Shown here: piece after piece, positions 21,402 through 32,585 of the stretch | Layout: each line of letters starts with the position of its first letter | Position numbering within the stretch: the first letter of the stretch is position 1 | From: Negativicutes bacterium | GTDB lineage: Bacteria; Bacillota; Negativicutes; UBA1444 | Direction of reading: 5' to 3' | Assembly: GCA_963665275.2 (NCBI GenBank) | Contig: CAXXIN010000016.1 | Coordinates: forward strand, 1-64,000 | DNA: 64,000 nt | The notes under the pieces: generated by a model | Seen by the model: the letters and a program-made list of their open reading frames with translations, nothing else | Told to the model about the DNA's origin: nothing | The model's database searches: none | Made by a program: the position numbers and the translations under genes

Positions 21402-22556
21402 GTGTCCAAGAACATGCGCGTGTTATCCCTTGCTCTCGCCATTGTATTTCTGTTCGTAGCAGCAGGTTGCGGTGGTGGCGGTGCTCCGGCCGCTGACAAA
21501 AAGGCGAAACTGACGGTGGCCATGGTGAATCCGCTAACCGGCGACGCCGCAACGTATGGCGTCAGTCACAAGAATGGTTTGGAAATGGCTCTCGCCGAGA
21601 TCAATAAAGCCGGGTGGAAATTAAAGGCCAGAATGACCATCGAATTGCTTACCCATGATGATGCCGGCGATCCCAAGCAGGCTGCTGCCGGCGCCCAGAA
21701 ATTTGCTGACATGAAGAGTGTGCTGGCGATTGTTGGTTCTTGTCTCAGCTCCAACACTCTGGCGATGGTTCCCATCACAGACAAAGCCAAATTGCCGCAT
21801 AGTGTCGTTTCTTCCAGCACAAGCAAGTTGTCAGGCATGAGCAAATACTTCTTCCGGATGGCTGTTCAGGACGACAAAATCGGCGGCTTAATGGTTCAGC
21901 TGTCCAATGAAAAATTCAAACCCAAAAAAATGGCTCTCCTATATTTAAATAATGACTATGGCAAAGGACTGCTGGCTTCCATCGAACCGGAAATGAAAAA
22001 ATCCGGCATTACCATGACCTCTGCCCAAACATATCTTGCGAACGACAAGGACTATTCCGCGTTGTTGACGAAAGTAAAAGCGGAAGCACCGGATGTCATC
22101 CTGGTCGGCAGTACCTATACCGATGGTGGATTGATTGTTAAACAGGCGCGCGAAATGGGGCTAATGATGCCGATCGTTGGGCCGACGGGACTGTATAGCC
22201 CTAAGTATATGGAGATTGCCGGCAAAGCGGTGGAAAACACCTATTTCCTCGGCGTATTTGTTCCCACCAATCCGGACCCCAAAGTTCAGGAATTCGTGAA
22301 AAAATACAAAGAAAAATATGGAATGGAACCTGATACTTTTGCAGCGCTGGCCTATGACCAAGGTTATGTGCTGAAGGAGGCCATGGAAAAAGCGGCTGCA
22401 AAAGGCGCCGTGACCCGTGAAAGCCTGCGCGAAGCGATGGCGGCAAGTTCCTCCAAAGGAATCACCGGCACCGTCACCTTCGATGATAAAGGTGATTGGG
22501 TTCGCCCCTATCTGTTCGTAACAGTAAAAGATGGGAAGTTCGTCGTCGCCCAATAA
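21402..22556 (+). CDS. HAAT/LIV-family ABC transporter substrate-binding lipoprotein
   Basis: Lipobox VAAGC, PLTGDAATYG, DDAGDP, NNDYGKG, ALAYD. The odd stretch GWKLKARMT (~21611-21640) suggests compensating indels. Confidence 0.9.
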   Translation: MSKNMRVLSLALAIVFLFVAAGCGGGGAPAADKKAKLTVAMVNPLTGDAATYGVSHKNGLEMALAEINKAGWKLKARMTIELLTHDDAGDPKQAAAGAQKFADMKSVLAIVGSCLSSNTLAMVPITDKAKLPHSVVSSSTSKLSGMSKYFFRMAVQDDKIGGLMVQLSNEKFKPKKMALLYLNNDYGKGLLASIEPEMKKSGITMTSAQTYLANDKDYSALLTKVKAEAPDVILVGSTYTDGGLIVKQAREMGLMMPIVGPTGLYSPKYMEIAGKAVENTYFLGVFVPTNPDPKVQEFVKKYKEKYGMEPDTFAALAYDQGYVLKEAMEKAAAKGAVTRESLREAMAASSSKGITGTVTFDDKGDWVRPYLFVTVKDGKFVVAQ

Positions 22557-22733
22557 TCTTATTGAGTGCAAGGAGCTTAGTAAGCGCGGGAGCGGTCAGA
22601 CCGGCTCCCGCGCATTTTCTCCGTAGTACGGTAAAGAAGGATCCCTTGTAATATAAGTAAGACCGACTAAAGGCTTTTGGCGGCGTCTGCAAGATTTCCG
22701 CAAGCCCAGTCTGTTCTTGGCGGAGGTGTCAAT

Positions 22734-23618
22734 TTGGTCCTCATTCAGCAAATTATCAACGGCATGGCGCTGGGAGGAATATATTCCCTGATCGCGATTG
22801 GTTGGACCGTAGTGTTCGGCATTGTCGGGCTAATCAACTGGACGCATGGCGAAGTCTTCATGATTGGAGCTTTCGTCGGCTTTTTCCTTGTGTCGGTATA
22901 TAAAGTGAACTTAATCGCATCGCTGATTATTGCGATGATGGTGAGCGGGTTCGTTGCATTGATGATCGATAGACTGGCCTACAAACCACTGCGTACGAGT
23001 CCGAAGCTTGCATCTTTTATCACGGCCCTCGGAGCCTCGACGTTCCTGCGTTATCTGGCTGCGTTGGTATGGGAGCCACATGCGCGGGCTTATCCTGCAA
23101 CTTTTGATTTCAAAGTGATGCATATTCCATTTGGGGAAAGCTCACTGACGATAAACAGCCTGCAACTGTTCATTTTTGCTGTGACGCTGATCATCATGGC
23201 GCTACTGCAGTGGTTCATTACCCGGACGATGATGGGTAAGGCGATGTTGGCAGCTTCTCAGGATTTTGAGATGGTGGGTCTCATGGGTGTCGAGGTCGAA
23301 AAATTAGTCATGCTGACGTTCGGTGTCAGCGGGATGCTGGGAGGCGCGGCGGGCGTGCTCGTCGGCGTTTTGTATGCAATTGACCCGATGATGGGGTCGA
23401 TGGCCGGACTCAAGGGCTGGGCGGTGGCGGTGCTCGGAGGTGTGGGCAGCATATCCGGCGCCATGGTAGCGGGAATTTTGCTCGGAATTGCCGAGAATGT
23501 TTCTTCTGCTTATGTTTCGTCGGGTTATCGGGACGCTATTGCCTTTGTCGCGATGATATTGACGCTCATCATTAAACCAACCGGTTTGATGGGCTACAAA
23601 TTCGAAGAGAAAGTGTGA
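22734..23618 (+). CDS. LIV-type ABC permease (LivH-like)
   Basis: QQIINGMALGGIYSLIAIG, NWTHGE, VLGGVGSI. TTG start after GGAGG. Confidence 0.9.
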   Translation: MVLIQQIINGMALGGIYSLIAIGWTVVFGIVGLINWTHGEVFMIGAFVGFFLVSVYKVNLIASLIIAMMVSGFVALMIDRLAYKPLRTSPKLASFITALGASTFLRYLAALVWEPHARAYPATFDFKVMHIPFGESSLTINSLQLFIFAVTLIIMALLQWFITRTMMGKAMLAASQDFEMVGLMGVEVEKLVMLTFGVSGMLGGAAGVLVGVLYAIDPMMGSMAGLKGWAVAVLGGVGSISGAMVAGILLGIAENVSSAYVSSGYRDAIAFVAMILTLIIKPTGLMGYKFEEKV

Positions 23619-23631
23619 GGAGGTAAAACGC

Positions 23632-24627
23632 ATGTCTGTGAAGCAATGGCTGCAGGGCTGGCGTGGCGCCGTCCTCTTTTCAGCCGTTATTCTGGCGGTC
23701 AGTTTTGCTGACTCGGTTTTTGATCGGCCGGATTATTTGTTTCCACCCTACTTTAAGCATGTATTGCTGATTTGCCTGATTTATAGTATTGCGACGCTCA
23801 GCCTCAACTTTGTATCCGGTTATATCGGGCAGACATCTTTGGGACATGCGGCTTTTTTCGGCTTGGGGGCTTTTACGTCGGCATTGCTGACGCAGGTTTA
23901 CCATTGGCCATTCTGGCCGGCATTTCTGGCAGCCGGCATTGTAGCGGCATTAATCGGCATTCCGCTTGGAGCTCCGGCCTTGCGGGTTCGGGGGCCTTTT
24001 TTGGTGGTCGTGACTTATGGTTGCGGCGAAGTTTTTAAATATGTGGCCCTGAATCTGGATATAACTGGTGGTCCGGCCGGCCTGCCAGGCCTCGTAACTC
24101 CTGCGCTTGGGGTAAGTTTCAGCGATATCGGAGCAACCGGCAAGGAGGCCTTTATTGTACTGGCGTTGGGATTGTCATTGTTTTTGGCTTTCTTTTCGGT
24201 TCGGATAGAAAATTCCCGTGTAGGGCAAGCGTTTGCTGCAATCCGCGAAGACGAAATTGCGGCATCGGCTATGGGCATCAATGTTTCCTATTATAAATTA
24301 CTGGCCTTTGTCATCTCCGCTTTCTTCGCGGGGCTTGCCGGAAGTCTGCTGGCACACTACCTTTCTTTCGTTAGTCCAGACATGCTGAGTTCAGCCGAAT
24401 CAATCACGATGTTGACGATGGTTGTAGTTGGCGGAGCACGCAGTATCTACGGCTGTTTTCTCGGAGCTTTCCTGCTGACGGTTTTGCCGGAATTTCTCCG
24501 CATGATCAAGGATATGATCGGATTGCCCTTTGACCCCTGGCTGGTCCTGTTTGGATTGGTTCTCATTTTGATGATGCGGGTTCGACCCCAAGGAATTCTT
24601 GGCGCCGATACCGTTTTCCGGCGCTAA
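23632..24627 (+). CDS. LIV-type ABC permease (LivM-like)
   Basis: GQTSLGHAAFFGLGA, ITGGPAG, AIREDEIAA.AMGIN, RPQGI. Confidence 0.9.
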   Translation: MSVKQWLQGWRGAVLFSAVILAVSFADSVFDRPDYLFPPYFKHVLLICLIYSIATLSLNFVSGYIGQTSLGHAAFFGLGAFTSALLTQVYHWPFWPAFLAAGIVAALIGIPLGAPALRVRGPFLVVVTYGCGEVFKYVALNLDITGGPAGLPGLVTPALGVSFSDIGATGKEAFIVLALGLSLFLAFFSVRIENSRVGQAFAAIREDEIAASAMGINVSYYKLLAFVISAFFAGLAGSLLAHYLSFVSPDMLSSAESITMLTMVVVGGARSIYGCFLGAFLLTVLPEFLRMIKDMIGLPFDPWLVLFGLVLILMMRVRPQGILGADTVFRR

Positions 24628-24639
24628 GGAGGACTGGAT

Positions 24640-25402
<763 letters not shown>

Positions 25403-25425
<23 letters not shown>

Positions 25426-26104
25426 TGTTTATTATGGCGCGATTCACGCCGTACGAAAGGTAAGCCTGGAAGTTCACGAGGGTGAAATTGTTTCCATCAT
25501 TGGCGCCAACGGCGCGGGAAAGTCTACAATTTTGAAGACCATTGTGGGATTGCTGCGTAGCAAAACCGGCGACATCACTCTCGACGGCAAGAGCATCGCG
25601 AACCTTTCACCGGCAGGCATTGTGCGGCAGGGAATCGCATTGGTCCCAGAAGGCCGCCGAGTTTTCCCACGTATGTCGGTGGAAGACAATTTGCTATTGG
25701 GGGCTTATGCGCGAAAAGATAAGGAAGTTGCCCGTGACATGAACCATATTTATGAAATGTTTCCGCGCTTATTCGAACGAAAAAAACAAAATGCCGGGAC
25801 GCTGTCAGGCGGCGAGCAGCAGATGTTGGCGACAGGGCGGGGCATGATGAGCCGTCCGCGACTGTTGCTGCTGGATGAACCTTCGATGGGCCTCGCACCG
25901 CTTTTGGTGCACCAAATTTTCGAAACAATTCTGGATATCAATGAACTGGGGACGACGATTCTTTTGGTGGAGCAGAATGCCCACATGGCCCTGTCCATCG
26001 CAGATCGCGGCTATGTTCTGGAAACAGGGGAAGTAGTTTTGTCAGGGAACGCGGAAAAACTAATCGATAATGACGAGGTGCGTTGCGCCTATCTGGGGGA
26101 ATAG
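25403..26104 (+). CDS. LIV-type ABC ATPase (LivF-like)
   Basis: GANGAGKST, VPEGRRVF, LSGGEQQML, LDEPSMGLAP. Confidence 0.93.
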
Positions 26105-26110
26105 CAAAAG

Positions 26111-26419
26111 ATGAGAGTTGAAAAGCATCCGGTGCTTGGCGACCGGGAGGTCGGCAGGCTTGTTTTCATTACCGTTGATGGAAAAGAGATTCAGGCTGTC
26201 GAGGGTGAACCGATTGCGGCGGCGCTATTAGCGCAGGGAATGAGAGTTATGCGGAAAACTCCAAGGTACGGTGAACCGCGGGGCGTTTTTTGCGGGATTG
26301 GCCGTTGCACCGACTGCATCATGACCGTCGATGGCGTGCCGAATGTCCGAACCTGCGTTACGCCGGTAAAGGGCGGCATGGTTGTTACTTCCAACCTTCG
26401 GGATGGAGGGAAGGAATGA
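26111..26419 (+). CDS. [2Fe-2S] subunit (HcnA / opine or hydroxyproline dehydrogenase gamma-like)
   Basis: GEPIAAALLA, RGVFCGIGRCTDC...NVRTC. Confidence 0.85.
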   Translation: MRVEKHPVLGDREVGRLVFITVDGKEIQAVEGEPIAAALLAQGMRVMRKTPRYGEPRGVFCGIGRCTDCIMTVDGVPNVRTCVTPVKGGMVVTSNLRDGGKE

Positions 26420-27516
26420 TGACAGAACGCAGAACTTTTGATGTACTCGTGGTTGGGGCCGGACCGGCCGGATTGGCGGCTGCTATCGAAACGGCCCGCC
26501 GCGGCGCTCGAACTCTGCTTGTTGATGAAAACGGCAAGCCGGGTGGACAGTTGTTTAAGCAGATCCATAAATTTTTTGGTTCACATGAACACCGCGCCGG
26601 CGTGCGCGGCTACGATATCGGCCGTCAGCTACTGGAGGACGCGGCAGGGGCCGGAGTTACCGTAATGCTCGATTCGGTTGTGCACGGTCTGTTTGAAAAT
26701 CGAGTGGCAATTTTGCAGGCCGGTCGCCAGATTACTGTAGAAGCGGGTCGAATTATTCTGGCGACAGGCGCCTCCGAAAACGCCGTCGCGTTTCCCGGAT
26801 CGACCTTGCCGGGAGTCATGGGCGCCGGGGCTATTCAGACGATGATCAACGTTCACCGGGTGTTGCCGGGAAAACGCATCGTTATGCTGGGATCAGGCAA
26901 TGTGGGACTAATCGTAAGCTATCAGCTCATGCAGGCCGGCGCCGAAGTTTTGGCGTTGGTGGAAGCCATGCCGTCCATCGGAGGCTATGGTGTACATGCT
27001 GCGAAAATCCGCCGGGCTGGAGTGCCGATTCTGATCAGCACCACCATCAGCCGCGCATTAGGGCACGGAAAAGTTGAAGGCGTGGAAATTGCAACTGTCG
27101 GCCCGGATTTTAAAATAATTGCCGGGTCGGAGCGGGTTCTAGCAGCGGATACCGTCGGCCTGGCTGTCGGCTTGACTCCGCTGGCGGAATTGGCCTGGAT
27201 GGCGGGTTGTGAATTTGTATTTTCGCCTAGACTGGGCGGCCATGTGCCATTGCATGACGAAAACATGCGGACGACGCTGCCGGAACTATATGTGGCCGGT
27301 GATATCACCGGCGTTGAAGAAGCCTCGACGGCAATGGAAGAAGGGCGTCTGGCCGGAATTGCTGCCGCCGAATCACTGGGAATTATCGATGCAGCGGCTG
27401 CGGCAGCTGACAAGAATGCAGTCCGGCGACGGATCGATGTGCTGCGTTCCGGTCCCTTTGGCGAAGGGCGCCGGACGGCAAAAGCGGAAATCTTGAAACA
27501 ACGTGCGTTGAGATAA
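26416..27516 (+). CDS. FAD/NAD(P)-binding oxidoreductase subunit (HcnB/OoxA/proline dehydrogenase alpha-like)
   Basis: VVGAGPAGLAAA, PGGQL, LATGA.E, LPGVMGAGA, GSGNVG, YVAGD. ATGA overlap with the upstream gene. Confidence 0.85.
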   Translation: MMTERRTFDVLVVGAGPAGLAAAIETARRGARTLLVDENGKPGGQLFKQIHKFFGSHEHRAGVRGYDIGRQLLEDAAGAGVTVMLDSVVHGLFENRVAILQAGRQITVEAGRIILATGASENAVAFPGSTLPGVMGAGAIQTMINVHRVLPGKRIVMLGSGNVGLIVSYQLMQAGAEVLALVEAMPSIGGYGVHAAKIRRAGVPILISTTISRALGHGKVEGVEIATVGPDFKIIAGSERVLAADTVGLAVGLTPLAELAWMAGCEFVFSPRLGGHVPLHDENMRTTLPELYVAGDITGVEEASTAMEEGRLAGIAAAESLGIIDAAAAAADKNAVRRRIDVLRSGPFGEGRRTAKAEILKQRALR

Positions 27517-27527
27517 GGAGGACCTTC

Positions 27528-28292
27528 ATGGAAGGCGTAAAATACACCGGGGCGCTTAGCGACGAAGAAAAATCGAGAGTATTGCCTCCGTCAGTTCGAA
27601 CTGCCAAGGGGCCAGTGGCGGTCATCGAATGTGTGCAGGAAATTCCCTGCAATCCTTGTGAAAAAGCCTGTCCGTTCGGCGCGATCGAAGTTGGCGCGGA
27701 CATCACGCAGCTTCCCCGGCTTGATTTGGAAAAATGCCGCGGTTGCGGCATCTGTCTGAGCAAGTGTCCCGGATTGGCGATTTTTCTGGTCGATGCTTCC
27801 CAAAGCGAAACCGAGGCGATCGTGATGATGCCTTATGAATATCTCCCGTTGCCGCAGGTCGGCGATATTGTTGATGGAGTGGACCGGACAGGCCGCTTTG
27901 TGGTGAAGGCTCGCGTCGTCAAGGTCGATACCGGAGCGCAGCGACAGGGAACGGCGATCGTAACGCTGGCAGTATCCAAAGAGTTCATGCATGAAGTACG
28001 CAGCTTCCGTATTATGCAGCCCGACGAAGTGTTCCTGTGCCGCTGCTGCGAAGTATCGGAAACAGAAGTGCGGCAGGCCGTGCGCGAAGGTGCGAAAACG
28101 GTGACTGCCGTAAAAATCTGGACGCGGGCAGGCATGGGGCTATGTCAGGGACGGACGTGCCGTCGACTCATCAGTCGGGTGATTGCCGAAGAAACCGGTC
28201 AGTCGCCGGCCGATATTTTGCCGCCCACCAGTCGCCCGCCGGTGCGGACCATATCGCTGGATGCGCTCGCGGGAGGCGAAGACGATGAATAA
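27528..28292 (+). CDS. 2x[4Fe-4S] ferredoxin fused to a BFD-like [2Fe-2S] domain
   Basis: CVQEIPCNPCEKACP and CRGCGICLSKCP, then CRCCEV...TRAGMGLCQGRTC...RPP. Confidence 0.85.
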   Translation: MEGVKYTGALSDEEKSRVLPPSVRTAKGPVAVIECVQEIPCNPCEKACPFGAIEVGADITQLPRLDLEKCRGCGICLSKCPGLAIFLVDASQSETEAIVMMPYEYLPLPQVGDIVDGVDRTGRFVVKARVVKVDTGAQRQGTAIVTLAVSKEFMHEVRSFRIMQPDEVFLCRCCEVSETEVRQAVREGAKTVTAVKIWTRAGMGLCQGRTCRRLISRVIAEETGQSPADILPPTSRPPVRTISLDALAGGEDDE

Positions 28293-29398
28293 GAGTACGG
28301 ATGTAATAGTTGTCGGCGGAGGAGTCATCGGGACTTCGGTCGCCTATTATGCAGCCAAGGCGGGTAAAAAAGTCACGTTGCTTGATCGGGGTGATATCGC
28401 AGCAGGTACATCCGGGGCTTGTGACGGCTTTATCATCCTGCAGTCCAAAAACCCGGGGCCACACCTGGAACTGGCCCTGCAAAGCGCTGCAATGTATCGG
28501 ACGCTTTCGGCAGAACTGGACTATGATCTGGAATATATGCCCTGCGGTGGTATGGTCGTAGCTGAAACGGAAAAACAGGCCGAACTTCTGCGGGGATTGA
28601 TAAAAAAGCAACAGGCCGCCGGATTGTCAGTCGAACTGCTGCCGATCAAAGAAGCCCGTGAAAGCGAGCCGTTGTTGGCGGAAGATCTGTGGGGAGCAGC
28701 CTACTGCAAAGATGACGCGCAGGTTAACCCAATCCGGGTGGCGCAGGGATTCGCGCAGGCGGCTGGTCGTTTGGGCGCTCAGATTCATTCAGGCGTCGAT
28801 GTCAAAGGACTGGTTGTTGAGAATGGCCGCGTTTGCGGCGTGCAAACAAACGAAGGGGTGTTGAAGGCCGAAAACGTGGTTAATGCGGCCGGCGTTTGGG
28901 CGCCAGAGCTGGTAGCTCCATATGGACTGGAATTGCCGATCAAACCGCGGCGAGGACAAATTCTTGTGACTGAGCCTCTGCCGACGATGCTGCGCCATGT
29001 CCTACTGTGTGCTTGCTATCTCATTGCGAAATATCATCCGGAAGAATTGGACCTCACAGACAGACAACACCGCCTCGGCGTGGGCCTGGCGGTTGAGCAG
29101 ACGGCGCATGGCGGATTGCTGATCGGCAGCACCCGTGAATTCGTCGGTTTCGATCGCCGGACAACGCTGGCTGGAATTGAAGCTGTGGCGCGTCATGCGA
29201 AGCGGATTTTGCCTGCTCTGGCCGGGGGTCAATATCATTCGGACTTTTTCCGGTCTACGGCCGCATACTCCGACCGGACTGCCGATTCTCGGTCCAGTTG
29301 ACGAACTGCCGGGCTTGATCATGGCGGCAGGACACGAGGGGGACGGGATCGCCTTGGCCCCTGTTACCGGGAAAAAGATCGCCGAATATCTGATGTAG
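28285..29398 (+). CDS. DAO-family FAD-dependent amine dehydrogenase catalytic subunit (one apparent +1 indel in G-run 29224-29228)
   Basis: VVGGGVIG, GTSGAC, NAAGVWA, PIKPRRGQ. The C-terminus (FSGLRP.TPTGLPILG, AAGHEGDGIALAP) continues in another frame to 29398. Confidence 0.85.
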
Positions 29399-29429
29399 GA
29401 CTGCAGATCATTAAATAAGCACGCGTATC

Positions 29430-29480
29430 AAAAGTAAAGACGGGAGAAAACCTTTTGGGTTTTCTCCCGTCTTTACTTTT
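29430..29480. terminator. Intrinsic terminator ending the lysine-riboswitch operon
   Basis: Perfect 23-bp inverted repeat AAAAGTAAAGACGGGAGAAAACC / GGTTTTCTCCCGTCTTTACTTTT. Confidence 0.85.
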
Positions 29481-29515
29481 GATGGTTATCTGCATCGGTG
29501 ATGCAAATAAAAAAC
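29481..29515. promoter_or_regulatory. Putative activator binding sites (GATG-N8-CATC)
   Basis: GATGGTTATCTGCATC, 3-bp gap, then degenerate GATGCAAATAAAAAAC. The same motif occurs at 44687 and 54661. Confidence 0.55.
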
Positions 29516-29636
29516 ATGGCGGTCCTGGTAGTTACCATCAAATTCTGATTGTGCGAAATCATTAAAATCTAGTATATTATTCAATAAAATAAGGCAATGC
29601 AGGCATTTGCGGGATTGATGAAAAGATTGAAAATTC

Positions 29637-29653
29637 TTGGCATAGATATTGCA
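29637..29653 (+). promoter_or_regulatory. sigma54 promoter
   Basis: TTGGCATAGATATTGCA (GG-N10-GC). Confidence 0.87.
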
Positions 29654-29802
29654 TACATAGAGCATTAGCAATGTAAATGAAATTATATAGTGAAAGGGTG
29701 TGCGTGCAACATTAGAAAAACAGGAATGAAAATTGAATTGAGAATAAGTATGTTTGTCTGATTCGATCTTCGTCGCAAAAAGAAGAAAAGTGGGGATGAA
29801 AA

Positions 29803-31161
29803 ATGTTCAAGGTAGCAAATCTGTCTGCAGAATATGCCAAGAAATTAGTAACATCGGATCAAGCGGTTAAAGTTGTTAAATCCGGTGATCGGATTCATTA
29901 TGGTTTATTTAACGCGCTGGTAGTTGATTTGGATCGTGCCTTAGCTAAAAGAACTCCGGAACTGAACGATGTTATTATCATGACTTCGATTTGGGCCTAT
30001 CCGGAACTGCCGCAAGTTTTACAGGCAGACCCGGAGGCAAAGCATTTTAAATATTTAAGCACTCATTTTAGCGGACTTGATCGTAAAGCCAACAAAGCAG
30101 GCTGCTGCTGGGCAATTCCGGTACAATTCCGTGAAAACCCCAAATATTGGAGTGAAAATGTTGGCGGCATCGATGTCGCCATGCTTCAAGTTGCACCAAT
30201 GGACAAATATGGGAATTTCAACCTTGGACCCCAGGTTGCAGAGTATTGGGGAATTCTTGAAAAAGCAAAAGTCGTTATTGTTGAAGTAAACAAAAACCAT
30301 CCAATCGCGCACGGTTACCAGAATACGATTAATTTGTCTCAAATAACATATGTAGTTGAAGGCTCTAACCCTGCATTGCCGGTCATTAAACCCAAAAGTC
30401 CGAGTGAGATCGATAAGACGATTGGTCAATTGATCGTGGAGAAAATCGGTAATGGAAGCACCCTGCAATTGGGAGTCGGCGGCCTTCCAAATTACGTGGG
30501 CGCAATGTTGGCTGATTCGGATATTGGCGACTTGAGTGTGCACTCCGAAATGTTTGTTGATGCCTATTTGAAATTGTATATGGAAGGAAAAATAACGGGC
30601 AATAAAAACCTAGATAAAGGGAAAATGGTATACACGTTTGCTCAAGGATCCAACGAACTATATGAATTTATTGATGACAATCCGATTCTCTGTGTTGCAC
30701 CGGTTGATTATGTGAATGCAGTGGAAGTAATAGCCGCTAATGATAAAGTGGTATCGATTAATAGCTGCTTGCAGGTTGACTTGTTTGGGCAGGTCAATTC
30801 GGAATCGGACGGCCTTCAACATATCGGCGGGACTGGGGGCCAATTGGATTTTGTAATGGGCGCGTTCAAATCCCAAGGAGGTCAAAGTTTCTTGTGCACC
30901 CCTTCCACACGGGTGAACAAGGATGGCAGTAAAGAGTCGCTAATTATGCCGATGTTGCCTCAAGGATCTATTGTCAGCGTGCCTCGTGGCGGCACGCATC
31001 ATATCGTCACTGAATACGGTATGGCCAACTTGAAAGGAAAATCGACGTGGGAACGTAGTGAGTTATTGATCAATATTGCACATCCTGATTTCCGGGAAGA
31101 GTTAATTCGCAATGCAGAAGAAATGGGTATTTGGAAGAATACAAGCAAAATCACATATTAG
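29803..31161 (+). CDS. Acetyl-CoA hydrolase/transferase family CoA-transferase (butyryl-CoA:acetate / 4-hydroxybutyrate CoA-transferase-like)
   Basis: TLQLGVGGLP, HSEMF (catalytic Glu), VDLFGQVNSE, GTGGQLDFV.GA, VTEYGMANLKGKS, IAHPDFRE. Confidence 0.9.
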   Translation: MFKVANLSAEYAKKLVTSDQAVKVVKSGDRIHYGLFNALVVDLDRALAKRTPELNDVIIMTSIWAYPELPQVLQADPEAKHFKYLSTHFSGLDRKANKAGCCWAIPVQFRENPKYWSENVGGIDVAMLQVAPMDKYGNFNLGPQVAEYWGILEKAKVVIVEVNKNHPIAHGYQNTINLSQITYVVEGSNPALPVIKPKSPSEIDKTIGQLIVEKIGNGSTLQLGVGGLPNYVGAMLADSDIGDLSVHSEMFVDAYLKLYMEGKITGNKNLDKGKMVYTFAQGSNELYEFIDDNPILCVAPVDYVNAVEVIAANDKVVSINSCLQVDLFGQVNSESDGLQHIGGTGGQLDFVMGAFKSQGGQSFLCTPSTRVNKDGSKESLIMPMLPQGSIVSVPRGGTHHIVTEYGMANLKGKSTWERSELLINIAHPDFREELIRNAEEMGIWKNTSKITY

Positions 31162-31473
31162 GCGTCGATATCTGAGCTGTTAAAAAAGACTTCAATTCGC
31201 ACTTAACGACCTTAACCAAATTATCATAATATATTTTCATGTGGCAGTAAAAATGGTAATACATGGACATGTTTGCTTGGTTAATAAAACAGTAGAGAAG
31301 TGGAGCTGGATTCTGGCGTAAGATACTGCTGAGTTAAGCAAAGCAGCAAACTTAAGAAAAGACAGTTGAAGCAAGACTTGTGTCAAGGGGTGACGGGCAT
31401 TTCAATGAAAAGGGAGGGCGGAGAGACTAATTGACCTATCGTGTTGAAATAATAAGTGGAGGCGATATTAGTT

Positions 31474-32507
31474 ATGAAAATGAGCAAAAAAGCAGCCGGC
31501 TATATGGTTCTTGTTGTGTTTCTCATGAGTATATTCTTAGTTGCGGGCTGCGGAGGAAAAAAGATGCAGCAGCCGCTGGTGGAGACAAAAAACCCATCAC
31601 CTTGCGGATGGGACATGCCGTACCGAATGAACACTCGGTGCACCGTGCGACTGTTTTCTTTGCCGAGAAAGTTAAGGAAAAGACTCAAGGAAAAGTTGAA
31701 ATAAAGATATTTCCAGGTGGACAATTGGGTGGCGAGAAAGCTCAACTTGAAGGCTTGATGGCCGGAACCCACGACTTCACAATGGTAACGCAGGCGCCTT
31801 TATCCAACTGGCTTCCTCAATTCATGGCTTTAGATATGCCGTATCTTATTGCAAACGAGGCGCAAGCTGATAAAATCTTGGCCGGCGACGTGGGCAAATA
31901 TTTGGCAAATTTATTGCCGGGCAAAGGACTCTATCTGTTGGGTTGGGGCGAAAACGGTTTTAGAAATTTCACCAACAACGCACGGGCTCTTCATACCCCT
32001 GAAGACCTGAAGGGCATGAAAATACGCGTAATGGAAAATCGCCTCATGATTGATACGTTCAAGTTGTGGGGATGCGATCCGACACCGATACCTTTTACTG
32101 AGCTCTATACGGCGCTCCAGCAGGGAACAGTGGACGGGCAGGAAAATCCGGTTACCTTGATCGAGACCAGCCGATTCAATGAAGTGCAAAAATTTCTGAC
32201 GATCAGCAATCACTTCTATTCACCATTCATATTCTATTCCAGCAAAATGACTATGGATAAACTACCTGCCGATTTGCAAAAAGCGATTCGAGAAGCCGCG
32301 CAGGAAGCCTGCGACTATCAGAAAAAATTAGTTCGTGAAGACAACGCCAAAGCGGTTGATAAGATGGAAAAAGCAGGCATGAAGGTGAATCGTCTGACGG
32401 ATGCGGAACTCAAAGTGTGGGCAACAACATCGCGGCCCATTTACGAGATGTACAAAGATAAAATGGGCGCTGAGATTTACAGCAAAGTCATGAATGCCGT
32501 CAAATAA
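31474..32507 (+). CDS. dctP: TRAP DctP lipoprotein, split by a -1 indel in A-run 31557-31562
   Basis: Signal/lipobox MKMSKK...LVAGC in one frame; body (GENGFR, DLKGMKIR, LQQGTVDGQENP) in another. Confidence 0.82.
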
Positions 32508-32585
32508 TCAAGATCGTGCGGACCGGGGGAGACCGCTCTTCCCCGGTGATACTTACTTTGTTTCATGTCGTATTGAAGGGGTGAT

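Noticed and set aside
29221-29230. Programmed ribosomal frameshift in the DAO subunit
   Set aside because: No slippery heptamer or stimulatory structure is visible, and similar homopolymer indels nearby point to sequencing error.
26111-29398. Hydrogen cyanide synthase (hcnABC) or sarcosine oxidase call
   Set aside because: Homology is family-level only. The extra ferredoxin subunit, linked importer and lysine riboswitch do not fit cyanogenesis, and sarcosine oxidase folate-binding parts are absent.
31313-31330. Additional sigma54 promoter CTGGCGTAAGATACTGCT before the second dctP
   Set aside because: GG-to-GC spacing is 11 rather than 10; it would be valid only if a base were miscalled.
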